Part shown: piece by piece, positions 14,200-24,830 of the stretch
Numbering within the stretch: position 1 is the stretch's first letter
How the letters are laid out: each line of letters begins with the position of its first letter
Assembly (NCBI GenBank): GCA_044892525.1
Contig: CM097886.1
Coordinates: forward strand, 129,270,001-129,334,000
Length of the DNA: 64,000 nucleotides
Source of the DNA: Schmidtea polychroa
Taxonomy: Eukaryota
Reading direction: 5' to 3'
Notes under the pieces: model-generated
Database searches by the model: none
What the model was told of the DNA's origin: nothing
Seen by the model: only the letters and a program-made list of their open reading frames with translations
Made by a program: the position numbers and the translations under genes

Positions 14200-15270
14200 T
14201 CTTAGGCATTTGGTTTGAATTTTTTGGATATTTTTGAAATTTGATGATTGAATTGCAAGATCCGTCCGGAAACTTGGATAAGTTCAAGTTGAATCTCGGA
14301 GTAGGGGGCTCGCATATTCAATATCTAAAAGATTAAGTTGGGTGGAGTTGGAAGACTCCAGTGGGAAGCGATGATATTAAGTGAAGGTATTAGGTTAGAC
14401 ATGATTTATGAGTTTATGTAGTTTATATTATTGTTAAAATGGGTCACACTTTCTGGTAGGTGGTATTAAAGATACTTAAACTTAAATGTTTAATAGTAGT
14501 ATTGGTGTAGGTTGAGTAGCATTAGATAATTTATGGTATATTGATTTTGACATTGTGGTTTGGGTATTAGTGTTAGGTGGGATAGATTTAGTAGTATCAG
14601 TTCGGTTGCTAGGTTTAGATTTATTATTAATTATAGTTTTTTCAGTTCTTTTATTATCAGTTAATTTATTGTCAGCAATACTACAGGTTATGGGTTTAAG
14701 TACTTTAAGGGTATTTTCGAAGTCATATTTTGTCCAATTTTTCCTCTTCTACGCTGAAAAATATCTAAGTCACTCAAAGGTTCAATAGGTGTAGGCATCT
14801 TGGTTTGGTTACAATGTAGAGTTGGTTCATTGATTGATAAAGCCTGGGCTATAGGTGCAATAATTGAGTGAGTATCATTATATAATTTATGGTCTATTTG
14901 AAAGGCAGGATGAGACGTCTTGATTACGGTTTGGGAATTAGCAATAGTAATTTGGATAGATTGATTATCACTATGTGATTTATATTTTTCTGAAAATTTA
15001 GCGTTTGGTATGGTTCTGCTGGTAATGATGACATATTATTGATAGATATATGGGAGGCTATTACAATAGGTGAATTGGTTTATAGTAGTGGGGTCTGGGT
15101 GAGTTATTTATGTTAAAAATTGGGATAGTAACGCGCCTAGGTTTAATTCTGGTAGTTATTGGTTTTTTGTTAATTTGGATAGGAAGTGAAGACTTAGAGT
15201 CGTTTATGGTTAGTGGAATGGGTTTGGAATAGTGTGATTTTGGTGAGCTATTGATGTTCAAAATAGGGGA
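14200..15270 (-). mobile_element. Probable LINE reverse-transcriptase C-terminal relic
   Basis: Minus-strand IEYASPL...IQKIQTKCLR resembles the LEYASPVW...IQNKxLR motif of CR1/Jockey/L2 ORF2. Heavily decayed. Confidence 0.4.
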
Positions 15271-15999
15271 GGGTTTAATCCTATTAAAAAGGAGTTTTTA
15301 AGTTGTTTTTGCTTATAATTTAATATCAAAAAGTAGTCAGTAATAATATTATAGTTACTTCTCTTAGGATAGTATATAGGTTAATATATAATTATAGTAT
15401 ATTATATATGTGTATATATATAGTGAAGTAAAGTTATAAGGGTTGGGCGAGTTTGGTTCTACGTTAGAAATAAATGGCAGTGCATGGTACGGTTTTACTG
15501 GGTCTAGTAATTTAACAAATATTTAGGTATTTATGGTTAATGTTATCAAAAAAAATTTCATAAGTATTGAAAGGGTAGAATTCACGTTTAAGTTAAAACT
15601 GGATATTGCGAATAAACATTTAAATTGTATATGTCAGATTACATAAATTTTTATATAAATATTTAAATTAATAAATTAAAGTAAGTTTAAAATATAAAAA
15701 TAAATTAAAATATATTAAATATTAAAATAAATTAAACCAGCATTGAAATCAGGATCAAAATTAAAATAATAAAAAGCCTCGAACAGATTGTTTGAATATT
15801 ACAAAAAAGCGCAGTTTTGTGAATAAAATAAATTTAGTAATTTTATTTGTTTAATTTATTAATTATGGAGATTGAGAATGAATTCGACGTTGTTGCGGCT
15901 AACAAGTATCTAGAATATCATGTTTAGTATAATTTGTATTTAAAGTAGTAAATTAACTTTCAATATCTAAGATTAAAAATATAGTTATTACTTTCATTA

Positions 16000-16396
16000 A
16001 ATTTAATATTCATGGTAGGGGTAACACTTTTTGTGAGTAGGCTCATCAGTAATCTGCTCCTCATGTTTGCCCATATTCGTACTTTCAACTTCGAGTCGTG
16101 AGACGTCAGGTTCAGGTTCTTGTTGTTTTCAGTATTCACATTTTGGTCATTTCTTGTTAACTGTTCAGTCTGTTCAAACTGTTCTAATTCTAAAACTGGT
16201 TCTCCTGGCGGAGATGCAGCTGCTGTATTAGATCCCTTATTGCTGCCAAAGTCAGTTGTATTACTTTGATGAGTTGGGTCAAGTGCACTATCTGATGGTT
16301 TTAAAAATGAAAATATTGTCTTGTAGGTCTTAGCAGCTTCCCAGCCAGTTTCTTTTGCCGTCTTTTACAAGCACCACTTTCAAATTTTCTTTTCAT
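16000..16396 (-). mobile_element. hAT (ZMYM1-like) transposase N-terminal relic
   Basis: MKRKFESGACKRRQKK start is typical of this hAT clade. A frameshift follows and no catalytic motifs are present. Confidence 0.35.
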
Positions 16397-16416
16397 CAGT
16401 AATTTACAGAATTTTA

Positions 16417-17014
16417 TGTTACGGTAAATGTACAATCTTGGGAAATGTACACTTTTACCGTAAAATGTGTACATTTCCCAAAAAGTTAGGTATAAGTGAA
16501 CTGAATATGTACATTTCCAGGCAAATGTGTACACCTGCCTTTACGTTTTGGTAAATGTATACTCTTACCTTCGTATTTTAAAGCACCAGCACCAACTATT
16601 ATCCCAATGTAATGTAATTTTAATTATATGTGTTGAAGTGTAATATTCTTTATTTACTATTTACATTTTACATTACACTCATATATATTTATAAAAGAAA
16701 AAAAAGACTTGAGCTTTTACACGAAGCGTACGTGTGGGGTTTGGCGGGGGTTGAATGTACGTGTACCCTTGTGAGCAGTACCCTTTGGGGGTCAAATTAT
16801 AATTTCGGATAGTCCAGACTATATATATATTAAATTTCGTATTTTGTATGCTCACATTTACCAAAACGACATGGTCATTGTGAATTCAATGTACATTTCC
16901 CTTATTTGAAATTGTAAATGTTAGTTGAATGCACATTACCCAAATGAGGAGGCTTATGTGCACATTTACCGGAAAATGTATACATTTGCCACAATATCTA
17001 CTTTTACCGTAACA
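16417..17014. mobile_element. Foldback/MITE-like element with modular TIRs
   Basis: Termini TGTTACGGTAAA / TTTACCGTAACA flanked by TA, with many AAATGT(A/G)CAC/TACATTT subrepeats in both arms. Confidence 0.6.
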
Positions 17015-17049
17015 TATATAAATTATAAAGATAAACCATATAATATAAA

Positions 17050-17617
17050 TTATAAAGACAAGAAAAATATTCGAATGAAACTGAAATAACTTTAAATGTA
17101 TTTTAAATAAATGATTACAGAAAAAGAAGAAAAAAGACTGTCTAGACATCAAGTTCTATTTGGAAGCTGAAATTTATAGATTTAAGGCAAGAAATAGAAA
17201 ATAATGAAAAAAAAAGATTAAATGAAGAAGAATACGAAAACATGAATAATATGTTGTTGAAGACATGGTGTTCGCTCCCAGAAACATTTAATGAAGAAAT
17301 TGTCTTTAGCTATTCTAACATTATTTTCATCAACGTATAGCTGTGAAAGTCTATTTTCGATTATTAATAATATAAAATCTGATGTACGAAACAGACTTAC
17401 CGATGAATGTGGGGAGGCTTGTATTTCATTAAAATTGTCAAACTATGATCCGGATATTGATGCATTATCGAGAAATATTCAGCAACAAAAATCCCATTAA
17501 AAAACATGTCAGCATATTATAGAAATGAATCTATATATAATTTTTAAAAGCATGTATTTTCATTTAATAAAAATAATATTTATTGGCACGCAGTCAAAAA
17601 AAGGTTCGCCATCCCTG
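17050..17617 (+). mobile_element. hAT (Buster/GTF2IRD2-like) 3' fragment with right TIR
   Basis: ORF 17291-17500 (FSSTYSCESLFS...RNRLTDE...Y.PDI) is a dimerisation domain. Terminus GGTTCGCCATCCCTG at 17617 is followed by GTCTAGAC, which fits the Buster nnnTAnnn target. Confidence 0.8.
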
Positions 17618-19643
17618 GTCTAGACTCTAGACAGAAATGACGTAATAATAAGTTTTTGACATAAATATAATTCTATATGTCGGACTCGCACTTATATTAA
17701 TATTTATTAAAAGCATTTATATACAAAATTTTAGGCTCCTTTGATGTATAAAAAGAGAGTTATCAAATTGTTCTGTTCGGTAGCAGGAAATGTATTCTGT
17801 ATATGATTTCATTAAGTTGATAGTGGTTTTAGAATCCATATCTTTTGTTTGCAAGGATTTACTTACAACATTTATACGTTGAAGTATTTTGTACCACGTC
17901 ACTAACATAACTAAGAAAGAATACTCGCAAAGTTTTCTGTTAATGTTAAACATTCATGTTTAGTTGCTACATCAGCAGAATTTTCATGAAGTATTATTAG
18001 TACATCATAAATTTCAACTATTTGAAACCTCCTAGATTTTATACATTCAATCCAGCTCTCCCAGCGAGTTTCGCATACAGTTTTAATAGTGAAATTAAGA
18101 ACATTATATGTTAAAATTTTCCATCTAGCTACAGACGCCAAAAATAATATATATAATAGTTTTATTACACCAAAAAAGGATATTGCATGAGGACAAGACA
18201 TTGATGCCTCTCCTATAACTAAATTTAATGAATGGGAACCACAAGGCATGTAAAATGCTCGTGGATTTTCTTGAAGCAAGCGTGCTTGTACATCTTTACT
18301 TTTTCCTCGCATGTTGGAGCCATTATCATAACCCTGCCCTCTAATATTGTTAATATTTAATTTTAATTCAAATAGTTGTTGTTTAGTTTTATCAAATATA
18401 TATTCACCAGTGGATTCGTTTATTTCGTAAAAAGAAAATAAAATGTTCTTGAGCGACTACAATAGATTCAGTTAAATCTACATAGAGTTACTCTTTATGG
18501 TTAATATCAGGTGTACAATCTAGTATAATAGAAAAATATTTGGCCAGTTTGATTCGCTCTATTAAATTTTCGCGAACAGATGATGCCAAAAAATTTATTA
18601 TTTCGTTTTGAATTGTCTTACTGCAGTAAGTTACTCATGTTTCATGAGATAGAGTTCCCCATGCATGTTCGTGCCTGACTACATCATATTTACTTAATAA
18701 TTCTACCAACCCTAAAAAATTTCCACTATTTTTAGTAATTAACTGATCTCAAGATCTACGGAAAGCCAAATTATTCATTGATAAAATAATATAATATTGT
18801 AGAGCACATTTTTTCAATGTTCTTTTTCTTTACCAATCATCTACTGCAATTTTTTGTCAATTTCTTTATTTTTGTGGAATCTTGCGGTTTTTTCAATCAA
18901 CTTAAAATGATTTTTGATATGCTCAGATGCATTTTCATGTTTTTTTTACAATAGTCATTTTTATGCTTCCAATTGGAAAGGCACTTTCTTCCCAACGCTG
19001 TCACTTTATTAGAATAAAATATTTTACAGCAAATACAATATGCTGGGTCTTGGGTCGGGTCAGAAAATTATTCCTTTCGCACTAGGGGTTGATAGTCCTA
19101 ATTGCACAAGCAACACTGCATCATTCCACAGGACCCTTAACCAAAACCCACACGATCACACTCCGAACAAGACACCCATGATTTACATCATGTTGGCACT
19201 GTGCCATGTCGGCGAGCTACGATGGAGCAGGTGAGCCCCTGCTTTAGGACTACTCCCCCAATCGCAACTCGACTTAACCATCACTCGACTGCCGATAGAA
19301 GGTCTTACGTCATATTCAACATTCTAAGATCTCATGCATCATTTTACTTTGTCATCAAACTCTACTACGACACTCAACACACTAGTTTCGTCTTATTTAG
19401 CGTTCAACAGCAAGTTTTACTACATTACCATCATTTTTATCCTTCCTACACTCAGTCTTACCATATCCCTTCCACGTCTTAGTTCCATCACTCACTATCC
19501 CATCCCCTAATCAGCCATTCATCATGCTCAAGCATTCAACATCGTTCAATTTGACAAGTCACAATAAAGAAAAATGTATTGACGAATTATTACATTAAAA
19601 GTACATTGATAGGGCCACAATTTGTGAAATATCGCAGATACAA

Positions 19644-20400
19644 TCACAGAGTGCTTGGAGAAGTTCCAGCGAAGATCTCATCGAGATCGAAAAAATCTTT
19701 GGCGTTTTCTTCCCATGAGGAGTCGACGGGCGGGACTACCCGGAAGATAGGAAGAGAATGCAGGGTGGATTCTACCGGAGGTACTGGAGCTGGCGGTTGA
19801 ACAGAGGCGATCAGGGCCGCTTCTCTTTCGGCCTGGAGGGCCCTTCTCCTTTTAGTACGCTCAGCCCTAGATGGCTGGCGACGCTTCTTGATCTTCTTCA
19901 CCTCCGGAAGAGTGACCGGGGTAGTCAGATCCACTATCCTGGGGTCAGCGCGACTTGTGCCGGTGCAGACGACTTCGGCTAGGATTGCCGGTTGAGAAAT
20001 ACTGGAGTGGCTTAAGTTGACCTGGTTCGATGGTTTCACCAAAGAGATACCTGAGAGATGATGGGACGGGAATAAATTGTCTTCTTCCGCGAGTGGAATA
20101 TTGACTATCTTTCTTGTGACCGATGCTTGAACGAACACTTTGTGTAACGCCTCGGACTGCTCTTTAATGAGGGCATGCAAAGCGCGGTTTTCCTCTAGTA
20201 CATCATCGCGGCATTTTTCCACTCGGGTGAGTCTCGTCCTCACCTCTTTCATTTGAGTGGGGGAAAAATGTCCCCTCTAAGTGATCTGACTTCTTCTTGA
20301 GGAGGCCAATTTGTGCTTGTAACGTTTGAATCATCTGATTTTTATCCGAACAGGAAAAGCACGGGCGCAAGATCGTGGCATTGGTTGAAGCTTTTGACAT
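19644..20400 (-). pseudogene. Orphan ~251-aa element ORF, copy 1 (2-nt deletion frameshift near 20260)
   Basis: ORFs 20203-20400 and 19644-20252 join into the reading frame that is continuous in copy 2. Contains PCFSC, a heptad-rich region, a basic KKIKKRRQ...KRRR tract and an acidic/aromatic C-terminus. Confidence 0.75.
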
Positions 20401-20525
20401 TCTAGAAATGTAAATGTTTGCATTAACCCTATCATTCCTCTTTATCTCCCAACGTCATCCATCATACCTCGTTACATCATTTCCCAATCATGCCGAGCAT
20501 TCGTCAATCAGTAATACACTGATGT

Positions 20526-20790
20526 TCATAACAACAATAAAATGATGACACTCACATCGACCATAAAGACCACATCAACAACGATATTCAGACTCATGTT
20601 AATGATAACGACAAGAACAACAATCGTAACAATCACCATAATAACGACAACACAAACAACAACATCAATCGTAATAGTATTCCTGATAATGATAATGATG
20701 ATCATAATAATTATGATACTAATAATAATAATAATAATAATCATAATAATAATAGTAATGATAGCAATAAATGCAGTAATAGTCATAGTT
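20526..20790. repeat. Degenerate ATA/ATC/AAC triplet microsatellite inside element copy 1
   Basis: Visible triplet periodicity. Absent from copies 2 and 3. Confidence 0.85.
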
Positions 20791-22576
20791 CATGGGGACC
20801 CCGTGTCTACTTCTAATACACTGAGAAAAGAAATGTCAGAGTTCATTTACTTTACTTGAAAATGGTACTTCCCCACTTAAGAATTACTTTAATTACTTCG
20901 ACTTTTATTATATCAATCAACTTAATTTTTATATCCGATAAGTGAGAATTGTAAATTTTTGGTATTTTAGATATTATCAGCTCAGGTGTTAACTTTATTT
21001 GGAGATGAAATTTTTCTATGCGCCATCTACCGAGTTTGGTGTTTGTGTAATCTCACTGATGACAGACAGATTATCGGCGATTGATGCCTTACGTATACGG
21101 TGGGAATGGTCTTGTGTGGATACAGATGTGGCGATTAACTAATTTCATCGTCGGCTCATGCGTGTGTAGTTATCACAAATGCTAATTTTATGTATGCGGA
21201 TTTTTGTATCCGAGTATTATCTCAATGACTGCTTATCTCGTGTGAATGATCGTCTGTGTCGATGTTACTTTTTATTCACTGAAATATACCAGTTGTGAAT
21301 GAGTAGCCAAAGTGGCTTGTAATTTTTGTGGTAGTTCTATTGCCAACATCGTACTGGAATTAGTGTGGATTTTTATGTGATAATTTAACTTCGATCTGCT
21401 AAAATTCAGTTTCCGGTAACACAAGTACGAGTGGGATTTCTCGAAGCAGTCAAACCTAGCGTAATACGTTTGTGAAATACGAATATGAAGGTTACTTGAA
21501 CTCAAACCTTATTTAAATTTAAACGATTAATGTTAGATGGAAATTCATGGTTTATCGGTGAAGATTGAAATTCACTATAACTTGCTGATTTCGCAACTTT
21601 GGTCGACTTGATTATCAATGGTGGAGACTGTTTTGTTCGTTAATAAGACAAATAGATATGTTGGATCTCACGCAACGTACCAGAGTTATAAGTCGCGAGA
21701 GTCGGAAAATAATTCCTGTATATCAACTAAGTCGAAGGCTTTGTTAGTAGAAATTCATCGTGTCATTGATTTAACTAATATAACATAATCGACGCAGAAT
21801 TTATGGTTCATTGATGAAGATAGTGCTTCCACTTTTCATTACTACGCTGAGTGTTCTGAAAGAGCGTCGATTCTACTGGAATAACGATCGAATTTATGAT
21901 GTAAAGCTTAAGTTGACACGATATATGAATTTTGGTAGGAATTGCGATGACGATAATGAAAATCAAGAGATAATAACTGCCCGACAACATCCGACGAACG
22001 AGGATTGGATCACTTTAGTCATTGCGAAGATTGTTCCACACTACTTTCACGAAATTTTCTATGTTTCCTATACATTATCCTGCTCTATTACTTTTTGACT
22101 TCACCTTTCCTGCGGTGACGTATCAGTGAGGAAACCCTCACGATGACCCGCTCAACCACCACGTCGCTGATGTTATACCTGACCTTCTGGCGAGAGGAAC
22201 CACCCGTGTCCCTCAAGGTGTGGCCAGTTGAACCTCAGAGGCGTTTGATATCAGAATTAAATAGTATATTATACGACTTATAATAGTTAAATTCCATAAT
22301 ATTTAATAAAATCTAAATAAGAATGCATTACAAAAATTTAAGATTTATTGGTGAACAGGAAAAACTACTAACAATTTATCTAAGTAAAGTTGTTATTATC
22401 ATTACTAGCTTAACAAAAATGTTATAATAAATAATCAATCTTTACCTCGTATAAGTTTGAATGGTTCTCCGAGTGATTTGTATATCTGATCCTTGAGTTA
22501 GTCCGGTATAGTATCTGCGATGTACCTTAATGAATATTTTGGTTAACACTGTTGAATGGAAGTTTGATGCTCTTAC

Positions 22577-22660
22577 CTTAATGAATATTTTGGTTAACAC
22601 TGAAAATTCTATTTCAGTGTTTTCCTTATATACTAATTTTTGTGTTTATGCGAGCCAATC
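22577..22660 (-). promoter_or_regulatory. CCAAT + TATA + Inr promoter and 25-nt leader ending in a splice donor (element copy 1)
   Basis: Minus-strand TATATAAG starts at 22632 and the TCAGT initiator A is at 22601 (31 nt spacing). Leader AGTGTTAACCAAAATATTCATTAAG|GTAAG. Same geometry in copy 2 (27944 / 27913). Confidence 0.6.
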
Positions 22661-23629
22661 AAAATTGAGTGCGGCATAATTTTTTTAATTTAATTCGTTT
22701 CCTTTGTTTTTCTTGGTTTTCTTGGTGTTTCCTTATTGTTTTCTTTTATTTTTTATTTATTTTCTTATTTATTATTTAATTTCTATTATTTTACTATTTT
22801 CTCTGGTTTCTACATCTTAATTTTTCGTTTTTTATTTTTTTTTGTTTTAATTCTCTTTGGTTAATTTTTATTATTATTCTTATTGTTTATTTGTATATGT
22901 TTTTAATTTGTTTTTCGCTTTGTTTCCTAATTTTATTTTATTTCTTATTGTTTTCCTCTTAGGTTTTTGAATTATTATTTTACTTTCTAGCCCAACAAAT
23001 ACATCTTATTCGTACTCACTGAATAGGCAAGCCACCTTAAATATTTTGTCCCATTTGCTGTTATTATACATGAAATTTGTAAAACATCGATTATTTGAAT
23101 CTCTAGGATAATTTGTCGACATTTGTATCTTCTAATAAATACGATGATAAAATGTGATCGCGAAAAGCTGAGGGCAAAAGAAAAGGCCATGTAGCTGGAT
23201 CATTATATTGAAAAATACTTTCAGAAATGTAGTCTACATTTTCCTCAGTATTTGTCAATTTTTCGACAGTTGTCATTTCTCTAACATCTGGTAATTGAAA
23301 TCTTTAGTTTCGTTTGAGTTAATAGCACTCAAATTTTTAACATTTTCATTTTGTGATGTACCTTTTCCAAAAGCATTATTAACCAAATTTGAAATAGATA
23401 CATTTGATTGTAGAAAGTTGGATCGATGTGTTGCACTTTCAGAAAATTCTTTCCATTTTTTACGGTTTTGCGATCCAGATAATTTTTTATCTTATTAGGG
23501 TTGAAAATTCCAAATTACTTCAAAAATTTTAATAATTAGAACATGGATTTTAAATATGGTAAAATGTAAAACTTACCAATGTTATTAAAATAAATTTCAG
23601 ATATAATAACTATTGTAGGTCTCGAAGGT

Positions 23630-24215
23630 ATGTAATTTGTATGTAATTGGTATGTAAATGGTATGTAATTGGTATTAGTACTGGTATAGTATGATGACGA
23701 GCGATATTATGTTATAAAAAGCTTGAAGAGCCCGATAGAGTCACCGTTAAAAAAAATAAGGCGGGACAATCGGGGTGCGTGTGTGTAAAAACTTCCGACA
23801 AACGAGCGACAAATAAAAAATGATATTAAAATAATGTAGAAATAACAAACTAATTAACTATTACTATCTTTATTAAAAAAAATATAAAAACCTTGTAGAT
23901 TTGTGGTTGAGAATACTGAGAACTGTTTCTTTAATTGCTTCTACCGGAGATCGGTGAAGGAAAGATTTGTTCTATTTTCTTTTGACTTGAATAAATTTCT
24001 GTTCAAAAATAATTTTGTTCGGTGAAGAAAAGATTTGTTCTATTTTCTTTTGGCTTGAATAAATTTCTGTTCAAAAATAATTTTGTTCGATTTTTTTAAA
24101 ATTTTTCAATATTTGTATAGCGATAATTTACCATAGTAAATTATCGCTATATAGTTTCCTTAATTAATTTTATAGCGAGACTTACGCCCAACGAAATGGA
24201 CTAACGCCCCGTATC
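23630..24215. mobile_element. Solo-LTR-like interspersed repeat (family with ~37610-37830 and ~41575-42225)
   Basis: Shared CCCGATAGAGTCACC...GGGACAATCGG core and CTTTATT signal, plus an internal 68-bp tandem duplication (23951-24086). Probably continues at 28282-28316 after the copy-2 insertion. TSD not resolved. Confidence 0.5.
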
Positions 24216-24830
24216 CTTGTGCTGGGTCTTGGGTCGGGTCAGAAAAATATCTTCACATACCAGGTGTTGATAGTCCTATACGCACATGTAGCATGTCCTC
24301 ATTCCACGGGACCCTTAACCAAAACCCACACGATCATACTACGAGCATTACACCCATGATTCGCATCATGTTGGTACTGTGCCATGTCGGCGAGCTACGA
24401 TGGAGCAGGTGAGCCCCTGCCTTAGGACTACTCCTCCATCGCAACTCGACTTAACTATCACCGACTGCCGGTAGAAGGACTTACGTCATTGTCATCATTC
24501 TAAGATCCTATGCATCAACCCGATTGTCAACTAGTCTCCAACACGACACTCCATTCGCTGTTTTGACTTCATCTAATGTTCGACAGCAATTATTTACCAT
24601 ACTACCATTACATCGGTACTTTATAAATTCAGCCTTGTCATGGCCCTTTCGACCATTACCCTCATCGTTCACTACTTAATTTCACATTCGAAAAAATTCA
24701 ACACCAATCCAAACATTCACAATTATTTAATTTATCAATCCACAACAAGAAAGTGTATTTAAAAAACAACAAGATACATAGACGGGGTATGACAAGAGAT
24801 ACATTTGCGAGTGACAACCTGGGAGGTGGA

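Larger units (their letters stand above)
19041..22997 (-). mobile_element. Unclassified 3957-bp element, copy 1 (giant solo-LTR-like, gene-bearing)
   Basis: AATA|TGCTGGG (19041) ... CCCAACA|AATA (22997) gives a 4-bp TSD. Homologous to 24220-28277 and 54805-61799. No RT, integrase or transposase motifs. Confidence 0.85.
17700..23500 (-). mobile_element. ZMYM1/P52rIPK-like hAT transposase relic split by the 19041-22997 insertion
   Basis: N-terminal part 22998-23500 (KKLSGSQNRKK, DPATWP, RWLAYSVSTNKMY) joins 19040 downward (CICCKIF...NWKH, a TTF-type zinc finger). It continues through MRGKSKDVQARL, PCGSHSLNL, CETRWES and VSKSLQ (17717-18312). Confidence 0.8.

Noticed and set aside
20526-20859. 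Hydrophobic 86-aa and 105-aa ORFs resembling membrane peptides
   Set aside because: They are translations of a degenerate triplet microsatellite found only in copy 1.
22526-22601. 25-nt leader + GTAAG as a spliced-leader (trans-splicing) RNA gene
   Set aside because: No RA(U4-6)GR Sm site or conserved stem-loops follow the donor, and the middle of the leader differs between copies. Cis-splicing inside the element is simpler.
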